DNA of 32,000 nt from Microcystis aeruginosa NIES-843 (GTDB lineage: Bacteria; Cyanobacteriota; Cyanobacteriia; Cyanobacteriales; Microcystaceae), in assembly GCF_000010625.1 (NCBI RefSeq), contig NC_010296.1, positions 2,190,001-2,222,000 on the forward strand. The letters run 5' to 3'. Positions 8,063 through 18,615 of this stretch are shown piece after piece (the stretch's first letter is position 1; every line of letters starts with the position of its first letter). The position numbers and the translations under genes were made by a program. The notes below the pieces were generated by a model. It saw only the letters and a list, made by a program, of their open reading frames with translations, had not been told where the DNA came from and searched no databases.

Positions 8063-9376
8063 CTAAATCCAATTGGGAAAAATCATTCTCAGATAATAAT
8101 CCCGCACTGACAGGGGAATGCCTAAATAAATTGGTAGCCAATAGATAAAAGCAAAAATTATCAAAATTATGAGTGAGCGCGAGCCATTTTTATAAATAGG
8201 ACTGGAACTTTCTAAACCATCGGCTAAGAGCCAAGCTAGAGCAATCCAAGTGAAGCTATAGGCAGCCATATAATGATAGAGAAAGGTGCAGCGACTAATT
8301 TTTAACCAAGGCAGCAGATTAGCAATATAGTTACAGATAAGATAGGCGGAAATTACTCGCTCTTTTCGGTTAAATAATCGACTAAAAACTACTAGAATTG
8401 CTCCCGTAGAAAACCACCACAAAAACGGATTTCCCATAGCGTGAACATCATAAATTTTATCATCTACTCTCTTAAAATAATAAGCCACAGGTCGCCCCAT
8501 TACTAACCAACTATACCAGGGAGAACAATAGGGATGAACATCAGATTGATTACCTTTTATTCTCTGATGAAATGACAAAATTTCTTGATGTACTTGCCAA
8601 AAATTATATTGATGGTTGACGAGAAGATGCGGTATCCACAGTAAACTATAGGTAACTAGGGGAAAGATAATTAAGGCGATAAAAATGTCCTCTAATCTCA
8701 GGTTAGTTGCCTTTGTCCAAAGATTATCTTTTGACTGCTCTTGATTCAATATTTTTATTAACCAAGCAATACCGATAAAAATAAATATTCCCAGTAAAAA
8801 TCCTAAGCCATTCCATTTAATATTTGCCGCTAAACCGAAACAAACCCCCGATAATAATAACCAATTGAGTTTCTGATTTTTCTGGAGTGCTAATAAAAAA
8901 AATAATTGTCCAGACAAACCGAATAAAATTAAGTAAATATTATTGAGAGCGTAGCGGGATTCCACCAGAAATAATCCGTCTAAACTGGCGAGGAAAGTTG
9001 TGATTAAAAATACAGTTGTTCTCCGAGTTAATTGATAAGCAATTGCGCCAATAATTAGGGGAATAAAAGAACCAGTGAAAGCATTTAACCAGCGATAACT
9101 AAAAGTTGAGCGCAGGGAACCTGTTAAATTATTAATGGTTTCAGGATCGGCAGGAAAATGGGAGCCAATCCAGATACTAATAGCAATTAAATATTGACTT
9201 AATGGTGGGTGAGACTGGAAAAATTCTTTACCGATTAGATATTCATTGCCGTATTTAGCATAATAAACTTCATCGAAAACAAGAGTATTAAACTGACTGA
9301 GATTCCAGAATCTTATTCCTAGAGAAAATACAAATATCCCTAGGATAGATAGGTTAAATTTTACTTGAGAACTCAT
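8063..9376 (-). CDS. Polytopic membrane glycosyltransferase, GT39/PMT-like (phospholipid-carrier-dependent)
   Basis: 437 aa with more than 10 hydrophobic segments. The N-terminal loop FDEVYYAKYGNEY resembles the PMT/ArnT-type DE motif. Confidence 0.7.
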   Translation of the reverse strand: MSSQVKFNLSILGIFVFSLGIRFWNLSQFNTLVFDEVYYAKYGNEYLIGKEFFQSHPPLSQYLIAISIWIGSHFPADPETINNLTGSLRSTFSYRWLNAFTGSFIPLIIGAIAYQLTRRTTVFLITTFLASLDGLFLVESRYALNNIYLILFGLSGQLFFLLALQKNQKLNWLLLSGVCFGLAANIKWNGLGFLLGIFIFIGIAWLIKILNQEQSKDNLWTKATNLRLEDIFIALIIFPLVTYSLLWIPHLLVNHQYNFWQVHQEILSFHQRIKGNQSDVHPYCSPWYSWLVMGRPVAYYFKRVDDKIYDVHAMGNPFLWWFSTGAILVVFSRLFNRKERVISAYLICNYIANLLPWLKISRCTFLYHYMAAYSFTWIALAWLLADGLESSSPIYKNGSRSLIILIIFAFIYWLPIYLGIPLSVRDYYLRMIFPNWI

Positions 9377-9389
9377 GGAAAGATAATAG

Positions 9390-10019
9390 TTATGATAACT
9401 GGGAATTTTCTGTTAAACGCAAGCGAAATTCTTTGACAGCAAGACGGGGATTAGGATGGTTGACGTATTCGGCTAATAATTCTAAATTTAAATCCGGTAA
9501 TAAAGCACTTTTAGGGATTAAAATATATTCGCCATTCTCTTGTAAAGAATAGATTTTTAACTGATTATCTTGCCAAAACCAAACCTCTTGAGTTCCCAAT
9601 CTTTGATAAACTTCTAAAACTTTCAGGCTGCCACTGGTTAAGATTATTTCTATCGCCAAATCAGGAAACTCTTTTTCTGTGAATAAACAAAAACATTCAT
9701 CTGGTTCTTTTCCCGCTTCTTTTTCCTGTTTTCGCAAAGTGGTGGAACCTAATCCCCAGAAATCAATTTCAGCATATTCTAAATAAACTTCTACCAATCT
9801 ACCGATATTTTTTTTGCTAACTTCGTGACGACGACTAGGAGCCATAATTTCTACCATTCCATCTAAGTAAGTAATGCGATAACTGGAACTATCTTCTAAA
9901 TGTTTTAAGAGGGTTTCGTACTGTTGCCAATTAACCCCAGAAATAAACATTCTTTGTTCAGGATCATTAGCTTTTAACTCGAAATCTTCTAATCCTTGTA
10001 ACCGAATCGTAGTCATCAT
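9390..10019 (-). CDS. Uma2-family (DUF820) PD-(D/E)XK-fold putative endonuclease
   Basis: YRITYLDGMVEIMAPSRRHE, PDLAIEIILTSG and the overall layout are typical of cyanobacterial Uma2 paralogues. Confidence 0.8.
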   Translation of the reverse strand: MMTTIRLQGLEDFELKANDPEQRMFISGVNWQQYETLLKHLEDSSSYRITYLDGMVEIMAPSRRHEVSKKNIGRLVEVYLEYAEIDFWGLGSTTLRKQEKEAGKEPDECFCLFTEKEFPDLAIEIILTSGSLKVLEVYQRLGTQEVWFWQDNQLKIYSLQENGEYILIPKSALLPDLNLELLAEYVNHPNPRLAVKEFRLRLTENSQLS

Positions 10020-10053
10020 AAAATTAATTACCTCGTCTATTTTACTTAATTAC

Positions 10054-12102
10054 TCAGGAAGACTTATTTTGATTTCTTCTGGTCTGAATTTTAGCGCGTA
10101 AAATCCTAACTTTATAGGGATCGGCATCTTTTCGCCACAGAATCTGATAGCCTTTGATTGTAGCACAATGCTCCTCTAAACATTTTTGCCAACCCTGTAA
10201 ACGTTCGATCGCTTTTCTATCTTCTAACAATCCCCAATCCTTTTCTAATTGAGTTAAGCGAAGCAATTTATCATAGTTGGGATAATCAGCCGTTACTAAA
10301 AGCTCTTTTTCGTGTAAAATTGGCGGATTAGGACTATCCCGATAATCACGAAAACTAAAATCAGCCGAACCTAAATATACATCCATGCTAGTAGCTAAAA
10401 TCGGATGAATTTCTGTATCAAAATTGGGGTAATAGAGATAGGAAATTTTGGGTTGACGAAAGGATAAACGAATAACATTAGCATTTTCTAACCGTCCGAT
10501 AGTTTGACTAGCACAACCTTCATATAAGCGTAATAACATCGGTAATTTTTCCAGAATGCTAATATGAATAGTTAGGGAATAACGGGAAAGTTTGCCTAAA
10601 GAACTATTTTCACAAGTACAAGCGATCGCTGGCAGATTTCCCGCACTTATTAACACTTCTTCTGCTAAAGCGCAAGCATTGCGATAACTGCCAAATAAAG
10701 CTTTAAAATCGGCACGGGTAGCGGGGGATAATTCCCGTACTTTCGGACAGTGGCTAAATTGACTTAAAGCTAAATAAAGTAAAAGATCGGCGCGTCTTTT
10801 ATCAGCAATTATCTCCCATTCTTCCGCTTCTGTTACTTGTAAAATAACTTGAAAAGCGCGTCTAAAAGTGCCAAATTCTGCCTTAATTTCTTCCTCTTGT
10901 AATAATTCTCCCGCGACGGGTAAACGTCCCTGCTGGGTGTAAAATTCCATCAGGGGAGTCAATAAATCTTCGTAATCTTCAAAGCATTTGAGATGGGTTT
11001 TAATTTTAGGAGTGGTAGCGCGGGAACGCCATCTGGATAAACGAAAAGCTTCCGCTTTTTCTTCCTCTCGAAAAACTAGATAAACTCCCAAAGTTATCGG
11101 AATAGAATCAACCCCCAAAGTGCTATCAATATACTGTTTTAGTTCTTCCTGTTGATAGTATTTTTGAAAGGTATTACGACGGGTTATAATTCCATCTTCA
11201 TAGGCCATTAAACCCCGTTCGCTATCATCAATTAGAATCTGTGCTGAAACAATTAAAACTTGACGGGTTAGTTGCCAAGCTTTTAATAAGGCTTCCTGCC
11301 GTTCTTCGGCGGATTCAATAACATTAATTACATAGCCTAAATTAACAATATCAGATTCAATTAAAGGACTATCGGGACGATAATAAGGATCCCAACCTTC
11401 ACTTTGATAACCCTGTTCAGCTATGCGTTCTATATCACCTCCATAACCACAACCGTAATCAAAAAAAGTGGTTTCAGGAAGGAATAATCCCGCCGCTAAT
11501 GCTAATCTTGCTGGACGAGAAAGGGTTTTGCGAACAAGAGCAGCCTTGTGGCGATCAATTATTATCGATTTTTCCTTTTGTCCCTCTAGATTACAAACTA
11601 AATAATCTCCAGCAAAATCAAGGTTATGCTTTCTTAAAAGCCGTTGCCATTCCTGTTTAGTACCGATGGGATAAGAACTGTTTAAAAGTCCTAAAGCACT
11701 CTCGATTTTTGTGAGATGCTCGAATTCTTGATAAAGGGGATAGTCCCTAGTAACAAAAGTTTCTTTTCGGTGTAAAATGGGCGGATTATCGGCATTTTGA
11801 TAATTCCATTCACTTAAGATTAATGTCCCCAGATCTACCACTAAACTTTTAGTTAAAGCTGGGTGAGGTTCCCGATCAAAATCGGGATAAAAAAGATAGG
11901 ATATTTTCGGTTTATCGGTGCTAAATTTAATTATTGTTGCCTCGGATAAATGCTGATTAATTCTTGCTTGTTGTTCGTAATTCTGGAGGATAGGATCCAG
12001 TTGATGTAATGCTTCTCGATGAACATAAAGCGCCCCCGGTAATAGTTTACCGATGGGACTAACTTGACACAGTTGCACGATTACGGCGAAATTCTCAGCC
12101 AT
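10054..12102 (-). CDS. Putative SAM-dependent methyltransferase of the DNA phosphorothioation-associated type (TIGR04096-like), with duplicated N- and C-terminal flanking domains
   Basis: The central FFDYGCGYGGDIERIAEQGYQSEGWDPYY is a glycine-rich AdoMet-binding-like motif. Flanking domains both contain KISYL[FY]YP[DN]FD..[PI]HP.L and NPPILH.KE. Family name recalled from memory. Confidence 0.6.
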   Translation of the reverse strand: MAENFAVIVQLCQVSPIGKLLPGALYVHREALHQLDPILQNYEQQARINQHLSEATIIKFSTDKPKISYLFYPDFDREPHPALTKSLVVDLGTLILSEWNYQNADNPPILHRKETFVTRDYPLYQEFEHLTKIESALGLLNSSYPIGTKQEWQRLLRKHNLDFAGDYLVCNLEGQKEKSIIIDRHKAALVRKTLSRPARLALAAGLFLPETTFFDYGCGYGGDIERIAEQGYQSEGWDPYYRPDSPLIESDIVNLGYVINVIESAEERQEALLKAWQLTRQVLIVSAQILIDDSERGLMAYEDGIITRRNTFQKYYQQEELKQYIDSTLGVDSIPITLGVYLVFREEEKAEAFRLSRWRSRATTPKIKTHLKCFEDYEDLLTPLMEFYTQQGRLPVAGELLQEEEIKAEFGTFRRAFQVILQVTEAEEWEIIADKRRADLLLYLALSQFSHCPKVRELSPATRADFKALFGSYRNACALAEEVLISAGNLPAIACTCENSSLGKLSRYSLTIHISILEKLPMLLRLYEGCASQTIGRLENANVIRLSFRQPKISYLYYPNFDTEIHPILATSMDVYLGSADFSFRDYRDSPNPPILHEKELLVTADYPNYDKLLRLTQLEKDWGLLEDRKAIERLQGWQKCLEEHCATIKGYQILWRKDADPYKVRILRAKIQTRRNQNKSS

Positions 12103-12145
12103 GGCAATTAATCTGTCTAATCACAAATTCTAGAGACAGAAAAAA

Positions 12146-12946
12146 CTAAATAAATCTAGTTAAATGAACCCGATAGCGCTCTTTTTTTGTCACAGTAACC
12201 TCACCCACTTCTAAACGACCTTTTCCCCGAAAAGAAATCAAATCACCGGTTTTAACGTTATAACTAGATTGACTGATATCTTTCCAGTTAACTCGCACAT
12301 CCCCGGCGCTAATTGCCTCGGCCATTTTACTGCGAGAAATGCCAAAACCCGCCGATGCGATCGCATCTAAACGCAAGGAAGCTTCCACAGTATTAATTTC
12401 TTTTTTTTGCGGTGGTCTAACTTTTAATTCCGTCAAAGGAATCGGGCTAGTTTTCACGGGAACCGAACGCACTTGTAGTAAATTAGCAGATAAAAAATCT
12501 GCCAATTCAGGTACTACAATCGCCTGCGCTCCTCGCTCACCTAAAACGATTATATCGCCGACTTTTTCCCGGACGATACCCGTCCCCAACATCGCCCCTA
12601 AAAAATCCCGGTGGTTAGCGGTATCAAAAAGAAAATTACCGGCAATATCAAGGGCAGATAGGGGAATATCTGTTACTGTCAAAGGTAGATCAACTCTAGC
12701 AATACCGAGGCGCTGTCTTTCTGCTTGGGGATAACCGCCCCATTTTTGCATTGACACATCGGTTAAACGCTGAAAAACCCGTTCTACTTCCGCTAAAACC
12801 GCGGGAGAAAGAAAGTCTGTCACCGTCACTTCCCAAGTCTTGATCGCTTGTTCGGCTTTATCAATAACTTTCGCTATCTCCTCGCGATTTTCGACACCCT
12901 TTAGTAATTCTTCTCTCGGTAACATTGTTTTCTGGTAATTAATCAA
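12146..12946 (-). CDS. Photosystem II S4-domain protein (YlmH-like RNA-binding protein)
   Basis: WEVTVTDFLSPAVLAEVERVF...WGGYPQAERQRL, plus a C-terminal S4 motif RLDAIASAGFGISRSKMAEAISAGDVRVNWK. Confidence 0.75.
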   Translation of the reverse strand: MINYQKTMLPREELLKGVENREEIAKVIDKAEQAIKTWEVTVTDFLSPAVLAEVERVFQRLTDVSMQKWGGYPQAERQRLGIARVDLPLTVTDIPLSALDIAGNFLFDTANHRDFLGAMLGTGIVREKVGDIIVLGERGAQAIVVPELADFLSANLLQVRSVPVKTSPIPLTELKVRPPQKKEINTVEASLRLDAIASAGFGISRSKMAEAISAGDVRVNWKDISQSSYNVKTGDLISFRGKGRLEVGEVTVTKKERYRVHLTRFI

Positions 12947-12996
12947 AAATTCTTAGGAAAAAATCAAATGCTCCATAACTTATTCCTAATAACCGT

Positions 12997-13515
12997 TCAC
13001 TGTTCTAGGGCGTATCCTTGCAGATTTTCGGGGTTAAATTGACGGAGGATAAGAGTCGCTTGATTTTTCAAGTTTTCGGAACCCTGCACGACAATAATAT
13101 ATTTTCCGGCACCGAGACGATTGCGATAGGGAAGTGCATCGCCACTGCCGGACGATAAACCCACGCCACCACCGACGAAAATACTGCCCATCGCCCCCCC
13201 AATCGCCCCAGCAATGCCGCCAACAATATGATTGCCCGGTTCTCCGGCCCAATCAAAGGTATGCAATCCCGTAATCAGGTTAAAAAGGTAGCCACCGGCA
13301 AAACCGAAGGGAATTAGCCAAAAAGCCATGAGAGTAGCCCGTTTTTTGGCCTGTTGGAAGGGATCGATCAAACCGAACTCATCGGCACTTTTATAGCCGC
13401 GACCGAGAATGGTCACTTGAGATTGGGGAATTCCCGCTTTTTCGAGGGCAACGGCAGCTTCTTCTGCTTCTATGCGATCAGCTAACACGGCAATGAGATA
13501 ATTCATATTCTCCAA
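12997..13515 (-). CDS. Hypothetical membrane protein with a glycine-zipper C-terminal half
   Basis: 172-aa ORF. The soluble N-terminal domain is followed by G-rich helices (GGIAGAIGGAMGSIFVGGGVG). No confident family. Confidence 0.5.
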   Translation of the reverse strand: MENMNYLIAVLADRIEAEEAAVALEKAGIPQSQVTILGRGYKSADEFGLIDPFQQAKKRATLMAFWLIPFGFAGGYLFNLITGLHTFDWAGEPGNHIVGGIAGAIGGAMGSIFVGGGVGLSSGSGDALPYRNRLGAGKYIIVVQGSENLKNQATLILRQFNPENLQGYALEQ

Positions 13516-13788
13516 CTTTTCAGGCTATCTTCATCTCCTATTGTAAGGATTTTCGGGACTGAAAAGCCGCTCGATCGAGAAAATATGCAAGGGGATGGCA
13601 AGAAATTACTTTATTTTGGTTATTTCTGGCAATAATTGACCCTAAAGATCAAGGGAGATGGTTATCATCTTTAAGGACATTTTTGGCGCCAAAAAGAACC
13701 CCCCCATTTTGGCTCAACCTAGAAGGACAGCCACAATCACTACTATAGACCAATTAAGTGGGTGGGTGGAATTAAATATAAGATGAAC

Positions 13789-13853
13789 GTAGGTTGGGTT
13801 GAAGCATGAAACCCAACGCCTGCTCATGTTACGCTACCGCTAACCCATCCTAC
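13789..13853. repeat. Small palindromic element GTAGGTTGGGTT-GAAGCATGA-AACCCAAC...TAACCCATCCTAC
   Basis: Perfect 8-bp stem GTTGGGTT/AACCCAAC with GTAGG...CCTAC termini. Related termini occur at 3602-3672 and 30765-30792. Confidence 0.75.
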
Positions 13854-13972
13854 AAATAATTGTGCCTCCCTACTTAGACCTGTGCGAAAATTAAATTTGT
13901 GAGAAAAAAGAGCAAGACAACCCGTGCGATTGCCCTGTCAATCGTAGCTGATCAGGTCGCCCTTGTTCTTCG

Positions 13973-14230
13973 TCAGTGAAACCCCAGCAGTTTTTGGGTA
14001 GTCGGCAAGAACCCTCCTGCAGCGACTCCAACCAATCCGACTTTAGTTGTGGGTTCTGGAATGGTTTCCCCGCGTTCTTGCAAAACTTCAAGGTAAAGTT
14101 CAATCGCTTCTTTAATATTTTCCTGAACCTCTTCAAAGGTATCTCCAATACTCACGCAACCGGGCAAGTCGGGAACCATTGCTCCCCAGTTTGTTTCGCC
14201 TTGTTCGTAAATGACGGCATACTCTTTCAT
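13973..14230 (-). CDS. hicB: HicB-family antitoxin (short UPF0150 type)
   Basis: YAVIYEQGETNWGAMVPDLPGCVSIGDTFEEVQENIKEAIELYLE is the HicB N-terminal fold. The start overlaps the hicA stop by 4 nt. Confidence 0.85.
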   Translation of the reverse strand: MKEYAVIYEQGETNWGAMVPDLPGCVSIGDTFEEVQENIKEAIELYLEVLQERGETIPEPTTKVGLVGVAAGGFLPTTQKLLGFH

Positions 14231-14421
14231 CGTTTATCCTCCAATTGAGCTTGTTTCCAAATCGATGCTAATGTTCCTTTCGGTATGTCGTCCCCAGACT
14301 TGCCAGGAACAACCACGATTCCTGGCTTTGTTTCATGGGCAAGGATACGATGGCTCCCGCGCATTCGGATCTGATACCAACCATCAGCTTCTAATCGTTT
14401 GAGTACATCACGAACTTTCAA
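14227..14421 (-). CDS. hicA: HicA-family mRNA interferase toxin
   Basis: VLKRLEADGWYQIRMRGSHRILAHETKPGIVVVPGKSGDDIPKGTLASIWKQAQL matches the HicA pattern (GSH...H...P..H). Confidence 0.9.
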   Translation of the reverse strand: MKVRDVLKRLEADGWYQIRMRGSHRILAHETKPGIVVVPGKSGDDIPKGTLASIWKQAQLEDKR

Positions 14422-14670
14422 TCATCCCCTCCCTTGTCTCCGCCCATCGGGTACTTGATTGTAGATTATCAAGGGTATTGTGGCTACTTATAATAATGAG
14501 ACAATTTATCAAATTTTCGGTTCGAGAAATGAGCGAACGGTGAGTCACTAACCGACCTATAGCGGTTCTCGCATCTGTGCGGCACACTTAAACCTTTGCT
14601 GATTAAGCTGTTCAGGATCGGGAATGTACCTCTTGTGAATCAGAAACGCTATATCTCAAACCTAACAGCA

Positions 14671-14705
14671 TCAAAACTTTGATCCCTGGGGCGATGGGAT
14701 CAAAG
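14671..14705 (-). terminator. Rho-independent terminator candidate 3' of the efflux adaptor gene
   Basis: Perfect 10-bp stem CTTTGATCCC / GGGATCAAAG (14677-14686 and 14696-14705) with a 9-nt loop, followed on the minus strand by TTTTG. It starts 20 nt after the stop at 14725. Confidence 0.55.
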
Positions 14706-14724
14706 CTGCCTGCCCCTGGTTTAC

Positions 14725-15945
14725 TCAAGGATTACTTAGGATACTGACCCGGACTTTTTCACCATTTTGCAAAGGTTTACTACTATTAACGACGAAACGC
14801 TCCCCCGGTTCGAGTCCAGTGATAATTTCTACTTGACCGTCAAGCGCTTGACCGAGACGAACGGGACGTTTTTCCACTTGCGAGTTAGACTCGGAAAGGA
14901 CGAAAATTGCCGAGGATTCCCCTTGACTGACAATTGCTGTTTCGGGAACAATCACCTGAGGGGCAGAATTATTATTAAACCGTACCCGGGCCAATAATCC
15001 CCCTTTGATTAAACCATCCCCATTGGGTAGAGCAATCTCCACGGGAATCCGCCGGGCCGTGCCTTGGCTGAGGGGAAAAATCCTGGTGATGCGACCGGAA
15101 AAATTTCTCTCACCGAAAGCATCAAGGCTGACATTAACCTTTTGTCCTAAATTAATCGTTTTTAAATCCAATTCCGATAATAATACTACCACCTTGACCT
15201 GTTGAAAATCGCCAATTTTGAGGACTTCATCGCCGATACTGACTAAATCCCCCGGCTCTTTCAGTTTTTCGATCACTATCCCCGTCGCTGGTGATTTAAG
15301 AATAGCGTAGGCCTGACGTTGTTGTTCCTGAGCGATGACCGATTTTTGGGCGGCAATTCTCCCGATAATTGCCGCCACTACCTGCTCCTCGACTTTAATT
15401 CTCGATCTGGCGCTATTAACGGCTTTTAAAGCCACTGCCGCCGCAGTTTGGGCTGTTTCACCCTGTTGTAGGGGAATCGCCCCTTCTAGGGCTAATTTTT
15501 GCAGGCGCTCGCCATCATTTTTGGCCTGTTGGTATTGTAGTTGTAGGCGCTCCACTTCAATTTCAGCGTTACTGACTTCAATTCTCGCCCGGGCTAATTC
15601 CGCTTCTAGGGCCGACAGGGCGGATTTTTCTTGCCGGACAACGGTGGCAAGGAGACGATCATCAACATGAGCGAGGATTTGTCCTAATTGCACCTCATCT
15701 CCCACATCGACGACGAGATTAAGTAACTGACCGGTGGCTTGCGATCGCAGAGAAACCACTTTCAAAGGTCGGGTAGTTCCCGTGTAATCAAGATTGCGTC
15801 CGATGGTTGCCAGTTTAGCGGTGGTGACGTTGACGGTAGTAGTACGGGCCGCTGGTGGCGGTGGTTGGGTTTCGGTCCTGGGAGAACAACTCGCGCTTAA
15901 GGATAAGATAACCAGAGCGGAAAGGATAATCGGAGTCGATCCCAT
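14725..15945 (-). CDS. Efflux transporter periplasmic adaptor subunit (HlyD/MFP family)
   Basis: Lipoprotein-like signal (LSLSASC), lipoyl-hairpin motifs (GQILAHVDD, GDEVLKIGD), a central coiled-coil (ALEAELARARIEVSNAEIEVERLQLQYQQAKND) and a beta-barrel C-terminus. Confidence 0.85.
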   Translation of the reverse strand: MGSTPIILSALVILSLSASCSPRTETQPPPPAARTTTVNVTTAKLATIGRNLDYTGTTRPLKVVSLRSQATGQLLNLVVDVGDEVQLGQILAHVDDRLLATVVRQEKSALSALEAELARARIEVSNAEIEVERLQLQYQQAKNDGERLQKLALEGAIPLQQGETAQTAAAVALKAVNSARSRIKVEEQVVAAIIGRIAAQKSVIAQEQQRQAYAILKSPATGIVIEKLKEPGDLVSIGDEVLKIGDFQQVKVVVLLSELDLKTINLGQKVNVSLDAFGERNFSGRITRIFPLSQGTARRIPVEIALPNGDGLIKGGLLARVRFNNNSAPQVIVPETAIVSQGESSAIFVLSESNSQVEKRPVRLGQALDGQVEIITGLEPGERFVVNSSKPLQNGEKVRVSILSNP

Positions 15946-15988
15946 GGCGATAATCTTGGTAGAAAGCTGCTTTTGAGTCGATGGTCGC

Positions 15989-16210
15989 TTATTCTTCGTC
16001 CCAAGCTTCTACCGCTACCACTTCGCTGAGAGGGTCTTGCATGGAGAAACCGAAATCGAGCAACTCCTGCTTCCAGTATGCCCACTCATCTCCGTATAAA
16101 AGAGCCAGTTTCCAGATACTATCGCTAGGTTTGACTACTTTTGCATCTATCCACTTGCTAGCCTTGCGTTGAAACTTCACCATCGGGTGAGCTACAGCTT
16201 GTTTGGTCAT
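15989..16210 (-). CDS. Hypothetical small acidic, Trp-rich protein (73 aa)
   Basis: ATG-initiated ORF on the same strand, 43 nt upstream of the adaptor gene. No recognised family. Confidence 0.45.
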   Translation of the reverse strand: MTKQAVAHPMVKFQRKASKWIDAKVVKPSDSIWKLALLYGDEWAYWKQELLDFGFSMQDPLSEVVAVEAWDEE

Positions 16211-16378
16211 AAATTCAATTGCTATGAATACTTCGGATTTTGCGCTTCCCGACTAAACTAACTCAAGACTAAGACTTTTGCCATTACAAAGGAGCGAGAA
16301 GCGCGTTTATTAACTTACTTTTACACCATATCTGTGGTTTTGGGCAAGTCTTTTTAACCAAAAGTACGGTAATTACTA

Positions 16379-17287
<909 letters not shown>

Positions 17288-17345
17288 TCAGTGACCAGTT
17301 TAGCGGTTTCGGGTTTGACAAAAACTGTTCACCTTGAACGGATTT

Positions 17346-18599
17346 CTAGAAAGTCCTAGAGTTGCAGAATTTTTCGACGCAACGGACAAAAATCTCGACT
17401 CCCATCGCTAACACCGATTCATCAAAATCAAAGCGGGGATGATGGTGGGGATAGGCTAATCCTAATTCGGGATTGGCAGACCCCAAGAAGAAATAACAGC
17501 CCGGTACTTCCTGTAAAAAGAATGACATATCTTCCCCTCCCATGGTTTGACATTCGGGAACGATTCCGGCCGGGGTTTCCACCACTTGTGCGGCGATTGA
17601 GCGCACTAATTCCGCCATCTGATCATGATTGATTACCGGGGGATACAATTGCCAGTAATCGAATTGATAACTAGCCCCCTGACTTTGGCAGATGCCCGCG
17701 ATAATTTCTTCCATCCGTTGTCGGAAATAGCCCCCTAACTGGGGATTGAAATAGCGCACCGTCCCACTGAGATTAGCACTATCGGCGATCACGTTTCTAG
17801 CGGTTCCCGCCGCTAATTTGCCCACAGTCACCACGGCAGCATCGAGGGGGTTAAGGTTGCGGGCGACGATGGTTTGCAAGGCGTTGACGATTTGGGCCGC
17901 CACCAGTAGTGAATCGACGGTTTGATGGGGAATTGCCCCGTGGCCGCCCCGGCCTTGAATCTGGAGATCGAAACATTCCACCGCCGCCATTAAGGGACCA
18001 TTTTTCACGCCCACTGTCCCTAAAGGCAGATTATTCCAGAGATGCAGCCCGATAATTCCGTCCACGTCGGGATTTTTCAGCACTCCCGCTTCGATCATCG
18101 GTTTCGCCCCCCCTGGCCCCTCTTCGGCGGGTTGGAAAATAATTTTTACTGTCCCCTTGACATCGTGACGGTTTTGTGCTATGTAAACTGCCGTGCCGAG
18201 GGCGATCGCTGTGTGGCCATCGTGACCACAGGCGTGCATTTGGCCCGGATGTTGGGAACGATAGGGGACTTGGTTTTCTTCGGCGATCGGTAGTGCATCC
18301 ATATCGGCCCGCAGGGCTAAAACCGGCCCCGGTTGACTGCCTTCGATGGTGGCGACAATTCCGGTGCCGGCGATGCCGGTTTGATGCTCAATTCCGTATT
18401 TAGTCAGGGTTTGACTGATTAAGGAGGCGGTGAGATGTTCTTGAAAGCCTAGTTCTGGTTTTTGGTGTATTTGTCGGCGCCAGTGGACTAATTGCGGCTG
18501 CAGGCAACGAATGGCAAGGCGAATTTGAGGGCAATTTAAGCTATTAGGAACGGGAAAGGAGGAAATCATCGGGTTCGGACGGCTAGATTTTTTGAGCAC
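17346..18599 (-). CDS. M20D-family amidohydrolase (N-acyl-L-amino acid amidohydrolase / hippurate hydrolase-like)
   Basis: LVHWRRQIHQKPELGFQE, ALRADMDALP, MHACGHDGH and FQPAEEGPGGA motifs. The true start may be the internal M at residue 11. Confidence 0.85.
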   Translation of the reverse strand: MLKKSSRPNPMISSFPVPNSLNCPQIRLAIRCLQPQLVHWRRQIHQKPELGFQEHLTASLISQTLTKYGIEHQTGIAGTGIVATIEGSQPGPVLALRADMDALPIAEENQVPYRSQHPGQMHACGHDGHTAIALGTAVYIAQNRHDVKGTVKIIFQPAEEGPGGAKPMIEAGVLKNPDVDGIIGLHLWNNLPLGTVGVKNGPLMAAVECFDLQIQGRGGHGAIPHQTVDSLLVAAQIVNALQTIVARNLNPLDAAVVTVGKLAAGTARNVIADSANLSGTVRYFNPQLGGYFRQRMEEIIAGICQSQGASYQFDYWQLYPPVINHDQMAELVRSIAAQVVETPAGIVPECQTMGGEDMSFFLQEVPGCYFFLGSANPELGLAYPHHHPRFDFDESVLAMGVEIFVRCVEKFCNSRTF

Positions 18600-18615
18600 C
18601 GATTTCTAGTTTAAC

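Noticed and set aside
9390-10019. Calling Uma2 plus the upstream methyltransferase a bona fide restriction-modification system
   Set aside because: Uma2/DUF820 proteins have no demonstrated restriction activity and are massively paralogous in cyanobacteria, so adjacency alone is weak evidence. It is kept only as a hypothesis under the methyltransferase finding.
13891-14402. ORFs 13891-14148 (-), 13976-14248 (+) and 14211-14402 (+), which overlap the hicAB cassette
   Set aside because: The hicA/hicB frames carry canonical family motifs and a 4-nt ATGA overlap typical of TA operons. The alternative frames are unrecognisable.
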